Notes under the pieces: generated by a model
Seen by the model: only the letters and a program-made list of their open reading frames with translations
Told to the model about the DNA's origin: nothing
Databases searched by the model: none
Program-made: the position numbers and the translations under genes
NCBI GenBank assembly: GCA_964016885.1
Contig: OZ024740.1
Span: 261,020,001-261,084,000, forward strand
From: Eledone cirrhosa
Lineage: Eukaryota
Direction: 5' to 3'
DNA length: 64,000 nt
In this document: in pieces, positions 37,936 through 49,874 of the stretch
Layout of the letters: every line of letters begins with the position of its first letter
Numbering within the stretch: position 1 is the first letter of the stretch

Positions 37936-40900
37936 TCATCATCATCATCAACGTTTAACGTCCGTGTTCCACACTTGCATGGGTTTGGACGGGGGTTTTC
38001 CCACTTGAGGCAAGAGTGATTGTCTTGCTCGCATAGGACTATCTGGCGGGTTTTCTACAGCTGGATGCCCTTCCTAACACCAACCACATTTACAGTGTGG
38101 GGCTGGGAGGTTTTTACCGTGTTGCCTACACGGCCACATTACAGCGTGGACTGTCTGGCGGGTTTTCTACAGCTGGATGTCCTTCCTAACACCAACCACA
38201 TTTACAGTGTGGGGCTGGGAGGTTTTTACCGTGTTGCCTACACGGCCACATTACAGCGTGGACTGTCTGGCGGGTTTTCTACAGCTGGATGCCCTTCCTA
38301 ACACCAACCACATTTACAGTGTGGGGCTGGGAGGTTTTTACCGTGTTGCCTACACGGCCACATTACAGCGTGGACTGTCTGGCGGGTTTTCTACAGCTGG
38401 ATGCCCTTCCTAACACCAACCACATTTACAGTGTGGGGCTGGGAGGTTTTTACCGTGTTGCCTACACGGCCACATTACAGCATGGACTGTCTGGCGGGTT
38501 TTCTACAGCTGGATGCCCTTCCTAACACCAACCACATTTACAGTGTGGGGCTGGGAGGTTTTTACCGTGTTGCCTACACGGCCACATTACAGCGTGGACT
38601 GTCTGGCAGGTTTTCTACAGCTGGATGCCCTTCCTAACACCAACCACATTTACAGTGTGGGGCTGGGAGGTTTTTACCGTGTTGCCTACATGGCCACATT
38701 ACAGCGTGGACTGTCTGGCGGGTTTTCTACAGCTGGATGCCCTTCCTAACACCAACCACATTTACAGTGTGGGGCTGGGAGGTTTTTACCGTGTTGCCTA
38801 CACGGCCACATTACAGCGTGGACTGTGTGTTTTTTTGTCGTGACACCTACACGATCTCATTTGTTTCGGCCTGGATGTTGTGGCACCAACATAACTTTAC
38901 ATTGAAAGGGGCGGTGTGGATGGGGTGGGGGTGGTGGGACGGGGGGGTGTTTTGATAGAGATGCCTACTGACTGTAGTAGGTTTTACTTTGTATTTAGGT
39001 AAGGCGGGTCTTGTCTATTACTGAGTACCGCCAAAGGTCTCGGTCCAGTGACATTGTCTTGGAGAGGTGTAAGTGTGTGAGGTCGGAATTTATCAGCTCG
39101 TCCCAGGTTTTTCTGGGTCTGCCTATTCCGTGGCTACCGTCTATCTTTATTGCCCTGCACTTTGTTATACAGCTATCGTCTTTCATGCGCATCACGTGAC
39201 CATACCAACGTAGCCTTCTCTCGAGTAAACAACATCTGATCCCTCTTATTTCTAATTTTTTCCTTAGTTCGTTTATGCTTTGCCGTTCACGTATATTACT
39301 ATTACACATCCAGCGGAGCATGCAAGCTTCGTTCCTCTCTAGTCTGCGTATATCCTCTGCACACAATGCCCAGGTCTCACTGCCATGCAACATTGCTGTT
39401 CGTATGCAGGCATCATACAACCTGCCTTTCATTTTTAGGGAGAACCCTTTAGCGGCTAATAGTGGTATAAGCTCTCTGAACTTTTTCCATCCAGTTCTGA
39501 CTCTAGCTACTGTACTTTCAGAGCACCCTCCCCCACTGCTGATTTTGTCACCCAGGTAACGGAAGCTGTCCACTATTTCTATAGAGCCCTCTGCTAGTAT
39601 TTTGTGGGCACTTGCTGCTACTTATTACACCAGAGCACCGGCCACATGTAAAATCTATGTTCTTAGTTAGCTTACCTGTGATCCCACTACATCTTTTATG
39701 CACCCATACTTTGCATTTGGGACACAAAATGGAGTTTCTACCTACGCCTTTCCTACACACTGAGCATGGCTACTTCCCGGAAGGGACCGGCGCCTTATTT
39801 TCTTTCCTACAAACTAGAACTTTGGTCTTAGCCAGGTTAATTTTAAGGCCTTTTGATTCTAGGCCGTGCTTCCATGTTTGGAATTTCTTCTCTAGCTCGG
39901 CCATTGATTCAGCTATGAGTGTTAGGTCATCTGCGTATGGGAGTTCCCATGGGCAGCCGGTCTTGAACTCCTCTGTTATAGCCTGAAGGGCAATAATAAA
40001 TAGTAGCGGGCTGAGAACAGAGCCCTGATGGATGCCAACTTTTACGCTAAACTCTTCACTATATTCGTTGTTAATTCTAACCTTGCTGACTGTTTCTTTA
40101 TACATGGCTTGTATAGCTCTCACAAGCCATTCGTCAACACCTAGTTTTCTAAGAGCCCACCAGATAATGGAACGGGGGACTCTGTCGAAGGTTTTCTCCA
40201 AGTCGACAAAAGCTAAGTATAGGGGTTTACTTTTAGCTAGGTACTGCTCCTGTAGTTGTCGTACAATGAAAAGAGCGTCTGTGGTACTTTTGCCTGACAC
40301 AAACCCGAACTGCATTTCGTCTAGATCAATTCGCTCTCTGATTAGTTGCGCTATTACTTTTTCCGTGACCTTCATGACCTGGTCGATTAATTTAATGCCT
40401 CTATAGTTACTCCTATCTAGGGCATCTCCTTTACCCTTATAACAGTTAACGATGATGCTGCTACGCCAGTCCTTCGGAACAACCCCATTCTGTATGGCTT
40501 GGTTTACTGTCCGGGTGACCATAGTGTGTCCCACCGTTCCAGATGCTTTCAGCATTTCAGCACCTATTTCCGAAGGTCCAGCCGCCTTACCCGTCTTCAT
40601 ATCCTTGATTGCCTTACTTATTATACTACCCTCGACTAACACTGCTGGTCCCTCTATTGGGTCGATGTGGGGGGAGACTGTCTTTCTCCCATTTATTCTC
40701 CTCATTTAGTAGCCTTTCATAGTGACACTTCCAAGCTACCTTCTTATCAGCGTCGGTGATGGCAAGTACACCGTCATCATTAAGTACACACTTCTCCCCG
40801 ACAATATCACGGTTTTCCTTGACACATTGCCTAGCAATCCTGAACACCTCACGTTTTTGGTCCTCGTGTTGTAGAACATGCTTGAACTTTCTTTCCTCTG

Positions 40901-41915
40901 CTTCCCTTCTTGCGAAGTACACTTGTCTCCTAGCTTCCCTCCTGGCCACTTGATAGTCTTCTCTACTTCCCCCATCCCGCCATACTTTCCAAGCCTGCTT
41001 TTTGGCCTTAATTGACCCCTCCACCTTACTGTTCCACCACCATGTTACTCTCCTCCTGCCTACAGGCCTGCTCCAGCCACAGACTTCGTCTGCCGCCATC
41101 AGCAGGTTTGCTTTCAGGAATTCCCACTGCTCCTCTATATTGTACGACTAATTGCTCTTCCTTACTGTCGAAAGCATCAAGTAGTATGCTTTTAAATTTA
41201 TTTCTGGCTGTGGGGTCCTTTAGCTTCCATATTTTTCTCCTGAGGATAGTCCTCTTCTGTTGTCTAGTACGTCTCGTCCTGACTATTAGGTCGCTAATTA
41301 TCAGTCTATATTGGGAGGTGCATTCTTCATGGGGGAGGGATTTAGTGTTTACAACAGACACTCTGTCACGTCTTCTGGTAAGGATATAATCTACCTGGCT
41401 TGTGTGTTCCCCCGATCTATAGGTGATCAGGTGATTGTCACGTTTTTTGAAGTTAGTGTTACAGATAGTTAGGTTATTTGCGTCACAGAATTCCAGGATT
41501 CTGGAGCCTTCCTCATTTCTAGTACCAAACCCATAGCCTCCATGGATTCCATCATAGCCGTCACAGTGTTGTCCAACGTGACCATTTAGGTCGCCAGCAT
41601 AATTATGTAGTCACTGTTGGTTATTTGGGAGGTAGTGAGCATCAGTGTCTCATAGAATCTGTCTTTTATAGTGCCGGGCAGTCCGGATTGGGGTGCGTAC
41701 GCAGATATTACTGTCACCGTAGTTCTATTGAGGACAAGTCTTATTTTAATTATTCTGTTGTTCACTCTATTTACGTCTATTATCTTATTTGCCCATTTTT
41801 CTGCTACCATGATTCCTACTCCACCCAGCCCATTGTCATTTCCCACCCAGAAAAGCTTATAGCATCGTTTTTTACCCTCAATGAATCTAGCAGACCCACC
41901 CCTCCACCTGGTCTC

Positions 41916-41920
<5 letters not shown>
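37936..41920 (-). mobile_element. RTE-clade LINE with nearly complete APE-RT coding region (frameshifted), 3' VNTR and (GAT)n tail
   Basis: QETRWRG, GVGI, SAYAPQ, NGHVG, SQVDYIL, RT ORF 39770-40705, C-terminal ORF 38995-39573; 5' end stops at (TA)n. Confidence 0.92.
38043..38826. repeat. 112-bp tandem repeat (7 units) in the RTE 3' UTR
   Basis: Near-identical units at 112-bp spacing. Confidence 0.93.
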
Positions 41921-42003
<83 letters not shown>

Positions 42004-42004
42004 G

Positions 42005-42490
42005 TAGAAGAATAAGTAGAATAGTAAGTAGAAGAGAAAACAGAACCCTGATCCTCTCAGGGAAATGGCTTTGCTTAGTATGTAGAAAATGTGTATATAG
42101 AAATTCCATTCTCTGCCCCAAATGCAAACTAAGGGTACACAAGAGATGTAGTGGGATCTCAGGAGGTTTAGCTAAGAATGTAGGCTTTACATCTAGTGGT
42201 TGCATGAGGACAGTAGCAGCAAACAACCACAGGAAAAAAAAGCGCCATCAAATTCTGGGAAGGCTCGGTAGAGGTGGGTGTTCTGAAACAGTAGCCAGAG
42301 TAAGAATGGGATGGAAGAAGTTCAGGGAGCTACTGCCACTACTAGCTACAAAAGGCTTTTCCCTCAAAATGAAAGGCAGATGATGCATGCATACGGACAG
42401 CAATATTGCATGGTAGTGAGACCTGGGCACTGTGCACAGAGTGTAAATAAACTAGGAGAGAAATTAGATATACGAGGGATCGGATCGGTA
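42005..42490 (+). mobile_element. RTE C-terminal fragment
   Basis: CRK...CPKCK..VHKRCSG, GWKKFRELLPLL. Confidence 0.75.
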
Positions 42491-42499
42491 AAAAAGAAT

Positions 42500-44745
42500 G
42501 AATTTTTACTGGGTTGTTAGGCCACACATCGATCAGCTGAGCCATATTTTAATGAAAGAAGACGAAAAAGGAAAAAGATACAAGCTGCAAAGAAACCATG
42601 GAAGCCCAGAGGGATCTGAAAGCCATTGAGATGTCTCGAGCCACAGACAACATCAGTGAAGAAGATGAAACAATGGAGTGCAACAAAGGTTAACTAAAGA
42701 ACCATCAGGTGGATCCCGATAAGAAGAAAAACACAAATAAACAGACAGGAGATGTCGAGTGGATAAATGCTAAGGCAAAGAAGACTAGAACTAAGAAAAA
42801 AAGAGACCCTACAAAAAAGAAAGTGCAAGTACTCTGTAAATTCTACTTGAAAGGGCCCTGTTGGCATGAGGAGGTTAGGACAAACTGCAGTTTTGCACAC
42901 CCCAGACTCTATGCAACTTGCATTCAACCTAATTATGCCAACTACCCAAGCCAAAATCAACATGGGCAAACAACACAGCCCACAAGGTCCCTGTCCAGGA
43001 AGTATGCTGAGGTTGCACATACTGCTCAGATGGAGAGGAGACAGTATGTGGAAGCAGTACAGACTGTAGCTGCAGAACAACAGTCTTTTTTTAAAATAGC
43101 AGAAAAGATTGAGACACTTGACTTGGCCTCATCAAATACAAAGCCGAAGTCAGTCACACCAACATTGGCGACCACCGCAAATAAAGGAATCCCACTGAAA
43201 CCCACGAAAATGCTATATCAGCAGCCACCACTGACACCATAAATGTCACACCAGTGCTATTACTGAATGTGAGAGGCCTAGTAAAACTGACCAAAATGTG
43301 TAAGATCACCTACCTAAGAGACCTAGCCATAATCAATATACATGGGACTAACTGAAACTCATCTGACAGCTAGCATAGCAGTTACGGAGATACACATGCC
43401 AAAGTATGTTGTATTTCTTACTGACAGGAGAGGGAGAACTCATGATGGAGTTGCTTTGTACATCCATGCAGATGTCACATCATTAGTACTGTTGTCACAT
43501 TCCAACTCAGTCTGTGACACACTAATAGTACACATAAAGCAACTCAAAATGTTAATATGTGTCACACATCGACCACCAGATACCCCCAGACATGAGGACC
43601 AGTTTGAAGATAGCCTCAGAAGGATTGAAGAAGTACTCATCATTTGGGATCAGAGTCTAAACACCCTACTGCTGGGAGATTTTAACCTCCCTAAGGTCAA
43701 ATGGCCTGAAGGCTAGTCCCTCTCAGGAATGATGGCACTTGAACAAAGGCAGACAGAATCCTTGTTGGACCTTACAAACTCTTCATGGAACAAATGGTAC
43801 TCTACCCATCAAGAGTTAAGAATACCCTATATCTCTGCTTCATGAATAACACAGATCACATCCATGATATAAAAGTGACACCAACGATTTTCCTGGACCA
43901 TAACAAAGTAGAACTAGGAATGTATAGATGACAGGAAGCCCTGGGTCTCTATCCAGCTTAAATTTCCACAAAGCTAACTGGAAAAGGATTCAGGAGGAGC
44001 TCCTGAAGCAAAACTGGAAGATGTCAACATACAACATGAACAATTCATGGAAATAATACGAGCCATAGGCTCCAAGTTTGCCCTGAAAAGAAAGGCCAAC
44101 AGAGACAAGAATATTATTTCTAGAGACAGGAGAATTCTTATTAGAAGAAGAACAAAGATCTCAAACTGGCTACATACACAAGTACGGAACAAAACAGAAT
44201 CTCATTTGAAGCAGGCACTGTTACAAACTGAAAATGAACTCAAACTCTCCCATGAAAAGGAGAGGACAGAAAGAGAAGCCAGGGCTATAGAAAACATGCA
44301 AGTGAACATTAGCAAAACCACAGCAGATCCTCTTCCAAAGATCCCTTATAAATGGTAAACTACCTGGAAAACTAAAAGAAGGCAGAATATGTCCTATCCA
44401 TAAAGGAGGAAGCAGAGCAGATACTAAATACTACAGACTTGTCTCCCTCACATATCAGCAAAGTCATGGAATGAATCTTCAGAAGGAAAATGATCACTTT
44501 TCTAGAGGAAAAGGACCTTCTAACTGATACTCAGCATGGCTTTCACCGGGGCAGAAGTTGTCTAACTCAGCTGTTACAGCATTATGACTGGGTACTCAAA
44601 CAGCTGCTAAACCATTCGAACATAGATGTGTTATATATCTTGACTTTGCGAAGACCTTTGACAAGGTTGACCATGGAATGATATGTCACAAACTATGTAG
44701 CTGTGGCATCGCTGGAAAACTAGCTGAAGGCTTCATGACTTCTTA
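42500..44745 (+). mobile_element. Decayed CR1-group LINE: ORF1 with CCCH finger plus APE and RT fragments
   Basis: CKFYLKGPCWH...CSFAHP; LTETHL, GVALY, RPP, LLGDFNLP; QHGFHRGRSCLTQLL, DFAKTFDKVDH. Confidence 0.75.
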
Positions 44746-46438
44746 CATATGAAGTTTTCCTTTCCTTTTAGTTTGCCTGCTACCCAACAACACCTCTTGT
44801 TTACCCAAGATCTGCATTGTGCACATTCTATAGAGTTTATGCCAACTACTTTTCTACATATCGAGCATGGCCATTTCCCTGATGGAGTCTTGTCCTCTTT
44901 CCTACTTATCAATGCTTTAGTCTTTGCTATATATATATAAGACCCTCTTCCTGCTATATCAAGCGTTAACCTAATATATCCCTTCCATATACTCTACCGA
45001 TTGTGTTGTTATTTCTGTTTACCTTTTACATATACATATATTTATATATATATTGAAATAAAATGAAAACGAAATTTCATTTCTCACTCTTAGTACGGCA
45101 CTTACTTGTCAGTGTTGAACAAAAAGGTGACGTAGTTGCCTTAACACCGTACAGCATAAAAATTCAGGCTGTTCAGTTTGTTTACAAACGAACAAAGCGG
45201 CGTTATAATAAGCGTCCGCTAAACTGATACGTGCACATATGTATGTGTACCTGTATGTATATATGTGTATATGTATGTATATATATATATATATGTATGC
45301 ATGCTACTGTACGTCTGTATACATATATGTATGTACGTATACACACATACTTACATATATATATATTTATATATATATAAATTTAAAGGATATATCAATA
45401 AATCTTTTTCATATATCAGATGATCTGTGATCTTTAGAGATAACTACAAAATAGGTTCTCTTGTTGACAGATATATTTAATTTGTCAATGGGTGGCCCAG
45501 CTATTTTTTGATCAGGAAGCCTCCCGTGGCATCAATTCCCTGGCTCTGTTGTCTGCAGATTGTGAATGATATGTCTACTAGTAGACTTATATACACCCCC
45601 ACCCATAAATCTTTGATAAATATAATTCTAGCTCCTCTTAACAATTCTTCCATCTCACCCATCCTCACATAATTAATGAAACACAGATAAACACACATCA
45701 CATAAACACTTGCACAGCTACACACCCACACATACTACCACTTCCTAAATATGTAAAAAAAAAGTTATAGAAATATATATATGTGTATATGTATATCTAA
45801 CATACAATCAATTCATTCTAAAACTTTTCGACAACATCCTATAAAGAAAATTTACAATTGGATGGACAGCTTATACCCTTATATGGAGAAGTCACACCCC
45901 CCATGGACAAGCCACACTACCACCATACCACCATCCAACACTACTACCACACCACGCCACACTATCACACTACCACCACACCACCATACCACACTACCAC
46001 CACACCACCATACCACACTACCACCATACCCTATGACACATGGACCCTATGATTTTCAAATCATTTTTTAAATAATCAAGAGTATGGAGGGATTTAGTTA
46101 TACAAATAATTTTCTCATTATTAAGTTGATGTTTGGAACATAACTTAAACATTCTTACATGGATTTATGATAAATATAAACACTTTAAAATAAACATTTT
46201 TGTATGATAGAACCAGGGACAGTATTAAGTGGTTTGGTACCAAAGGAGTTAAGCTAGTGCTTGGAACATAACTTAGCAAATATTCTTACATAAAATTATA
46301 ATGGAAGGTTTTAGATAAATACAAACACTTTGAAATAAACATTTTTCTATCACAGAACAAGGTGTAGTTCCAGGCAAATTTGTAAACAAAAGGGTTAAAG
46401 ATTCCGACATTAAATAGAGAAATATTACCACATCTTAC

Positions 46439-46621
46439 CTCCATTTTGTTCTCGTTTGTAACATTTGTCATACCAATCCCAGTTTTCATGCAGGCCAGTA
46501 TCCATTTTAACGATATTTTTCTGATTATTATAGACTTGAGTGTTTTTAGGGAGCACGTTTTTAGTATTGAATGTTTGTGTTTTGATGTTCAGTCCATCTC
46601 TTAACTGATCACGAACATCAT
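46439..46621 (-). CDS. DD3-3-like protein exon 3 (phase 1/1)
   Basis: tttcag|AT...G|gtaag; DDVRDQLRDGLNIKTQ...GLHENWDWYDKCYKREQNG, in frame with both neighbours. Confidence 0.9.
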
Positions 46622-46780
46622 CTGAAATGTGATATAATTATTCATTATAACATAATTATGCTTTATCATATCAACATCATCAGTTTATGTCTGCTTTCAA
46701 TGTTGGTATGGGTTGGACAGGTCATCACAGTCCAAGTCAGTTCTTATTCTAAATTGCTGCCATCCAAGATAAGCTAAGTG

Positions 46781-46998
46781 GAGGCATGTGGCCTATTGGT
46801 AAGGGTGTTGGATTTACAATCATAATGTCATTTCACATTGCTCCAGTATATTCAGCTGAAAAGGAATACCAGCAATAACTGGGGGGTTTAACCCCGCAAC
46901 GGACTGACATCCTGTTCAGGGGGAGTCTCAGTCACTTCACACCACAGAAGTCGGGTTGAGCACTGGCCTGATGAGTCTTTGGGCTTGAGACAGACTTT
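46781..46998 (+). mobile_element. tRNA-derived SINE (same head family as 12740-12893)
   Basis: GAGGCATGTGGCCTATTGGTAAGG head, TTCACATTGCTCCAGT body. Confidence 0.55.
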
Positions 46999-47798
46999 AG
47001 ATTAGAGACAGGTTAAAAAACCACAATATGCTTGCAACTTCAAAATTATGGCATGGCTTCTCATACCCTTTACAAAACTAATGTGCCCTCTATACCCTAT
47101 ATTGTTACTGTGTGATGATCAACATTTTTACAGAGAGTTCTGGGTGCATTTTATCATAGCAGTAGTACTAGAGAGGTTGTTATGCGCCCCACAAGACAAA
47201 AGAATGCTCTCTTCCCTATATTGTCTTCATTCAATTACAGAGTGTACGGGGTGCATTTTATTCTGGCACCAGCAGAAGAGAGGTTGACATGTCTCTTGTA
47301 AGACTAGAAGAGTCCTCTCTACACAAAAGTGTTTCAACTGGTTCATCAACCACTTAAAGAGTGTACATGGTGCATTTTATTGTGGCACCAGCACAAGAGA
47401 GGTTGACATGTCCCCAGTGGAACTAAAAGAGTCCTCAACAGTGTCTCAACTGGTTCACCAACTACTTTATATATGTTATTTTATAACTTGATGCCCTTCC
47501 TTGCACCAACATTTTTAGTCCTGTCTAACAATATCCAAATCATCATCATCATCACCGTTTAAGGTCCATTTCTCCACACTAGCAGGGGTTAGATGCGTCA
47601 CTCTATTGTGAGATAAGTCAGATCAGGTGATCTTGTCTTGCTCATACAAAACTGGTTCTGCCTTGGTTTCTACAGCTGGATTCCCTTCCTAATGCCAACC
47701 ACATTTGGTAACATTGTGTACTGGGTGCTTTTTTGTCATGACACCCTCATGATATAAAGATATTTACATAGAAAAAGATTTAACAAAATCCAACTGAC

Positions 47799-47967
47799 CA
47801 GGCTTCATTTTCTGGCACATATACTGCAAGACCAAGTTACACTGCTTCTTGCTTGGATCCCGGTTATTATGTATGCCACATCCATGTTGGTTAGTCCATT
47901 CCAGTTTCAGATAACTTTTACCCAGCCTTGAATTTACTCTTGAGATAGAACCACTCTGGAAATATTT
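47799..47967 (-). CDS. DD3-3-like protein exon 2 (phase 0/1)
   Basis: ttctag|AAA...G|gtcag; KYFQSGSISRVNSRLGKSYLKLEWTNQHGCGIHNNRDPSKKQCNLVLQYMCQKMKP (EWTNQHGCG and LQYMC motifs). Confidence 0.9.
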
Positions 47968-48232
47968 CTAGAATAACAACAGAGAGACAGTATAACACAA
48001 GACAATGGGATTGTCTTATAATTATAATTGTTTCTACTTTTGGCACAAGGCCAGCAATTACCCCAGTGCATTACTGGTGCTTTATCGACCCCATAAGGAT
48101 GAAAAGCAAAGTTAACCTTGGCGGCAGGATTTGGTATACATTAAACTATGTTTTAATGCTTCTCTGATTTGATAGTTTTAGCTATCTTGTCATTGAGATA
48201 TCAAGTATATTAGTGACAAATAACTTTCTGTT

Positions 48233-48284
<52 letters not shown>

Positions 48285-48287
<3 letters not shown>

Positions 48288-48626
48288 GGAGGTGAGTTTT
48301 ATTGTAGTACAATAAAGCAATGCAGATATCGGATAAGAAGCACTCTACAGTTTGTACGACTGGAGTATACATAATATATAAGATCAAAAGATGGTTAAAA
48401 GAGTTCCATGTATTTTATTATGCGCATTTCAAAAACAAATATCATCATGCAATAACATTTGTGTGATATGTTGATTTAAAACTGCACTATCCACAACCTT
48501 CATATCATGTCTTCCTATTTTATCTGATGAAAACACAAATGTTATTGCATGATGATATTTGTTTTTGAAATGCGCATAATAAAATACATGGAACTCTTTT
48601 AACCATCTTTTGATCTTATATATTAT
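48285..48626. mobile_element. Penelope-type pLTR with about 95-bp inverted arms, flanked by (TA)n
   Basis: 48371-48464 is the reverse complement of about 48533-48626; the same family occurs at 60120-60305. Confidence 0.7.
48516..48586 (+). ncRNA. Minimal type I hammerhead ribozyme (intact core)
   Basis: tattttat-CTGATGA-long hairpin stem II-GAAA-TGCGCA-TA-ataaaata; 8-bp stem I, palindromic stem III. Confidence 0.85.
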
Positions 48627-48659
48627 ATATATATATATATATATTTATATAATAATAAC

Positions 48660-49675
48660 ATTAATAAAGATGCTGGTGTTACATAAATTGTTTATTCATT
48701 ATAATTATTTCAACGGTTCTCCCATGCAATCAAGATGTAATTCATGCATTTGTTGTTGTTATGAGAACGGTATCCTCAGATGAAATTAAATTTTGTGATA
48801 TGCTACCGGCAGGAAAAAACACACGTCCTTCTGCTCGTGCATCCAGCAGCCATATGAGTTCCTGAAAAGGTCTCCCAGCCGTCATGTTTACTGGAGTAAA
48901 GTGCTTTCCACGTGTCAATTAGCGAAATCAGGATTCACACATCCCCCACGGAATTGAGGTCGCAAATCAGCAAAAAATGTAACCCCTCAAGTATGTTGTG
49001 TTGATCTGTATCAAACGATAGTCTATGCGTAGCCAGAATCCAGTAGATAGTGGAAGCAATAAATGGAACTCTGCGGGAGGGTGAGGTATATAGTTTGTTG
49101 ACAGCCACATCCAAAACAACAGCTACAACAACAACAATAGCAACAACAACAACGACAACAACAACGACAACAACAGCAAACACCAGCATTCTTGACTGAC
49201 ATGGGATGGTTGGAATTTGCCTTAACATACTTGAAGCACTCGTTCGGTTTGTGGTACGGAGAGTAGAAGCTGGATTCTAGATTGAGGGTAATGTCCATGA
49301 AGTTAACTATTTTTCTGTTATCATCTATGTCTATGCTGAGGCACATGTTTTTGAAGAATTTAATTAATCTTTTTCTAATCCTAGTTACCATGCTATTGCT
49401 GTGGCTAACTAGAGTAAACAGAGCATTGTTGCGGTATATTTCACTGCCTAACGCTGGGATCTCGCTTTTCAAGTTTCAGGTCAGTAACCTGCGCTAAGTC
49501 GCTCGATCCCATCGTGATGTCAAAGTTGTCCAGTCACTCCCTCCTAGTCCACAGCTCACTGTCAAAACCTATTAGTGTTTTCCTAGCAGTGTGAATAATG
49601 TTAATTTCATCCCGGGTTAAATCCGTGTGGCTGCGTGCAAACATAAGTGCCTTGTTAAGTATTACCGGGGAAATA
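48660..49675 (-). mobile_element. Naiad-like Penelope element fragment (RT core/thumb, internally deleted) ending in a hammerhead-bearing pLTR
   Basis: NFDITMGSSDLAQVTDL; VNFMDITLNL...PYHKPNE..KYV...SNHP. Confidence 0.7.
48695..48784 (-). ncRNA. Minimal type I hammerhead ribozyme
   Basis: Minus strand: ttcat-CTGAGGA-taccGTTCTC...GAGAACcgtt-GAAA-TAATTA-TA-atgaa. Confidence 0.75.
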
Positions 49676-49874
49676 AATCAATTAAAAAATCGATTAAAAT
49701 TCAATGAAATTCCAAGAGAAAAAATGAAAGACACAGTGATAAAAATCTGGAGAGAGCGGTTCCAATCAATACTTTAATTATTACCAAGGTATTCAGGATT
49801 TTGTGTAAATCCCGGTCAATAAACAAACAAACTTGCTTTTTATATAGTATACATATATATATATACTATATACA

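Noticed and set aside
38020-38955. Series of 78-aa ORFs
   Set aside because: Products of the 112-bp VNTR on the antisense strand of an RTE 3' UTR
46966-46998. CTGATGA followed by a small hairpin
   Set aside because: No GAAA, stem III or stem I; part of a SINE tail
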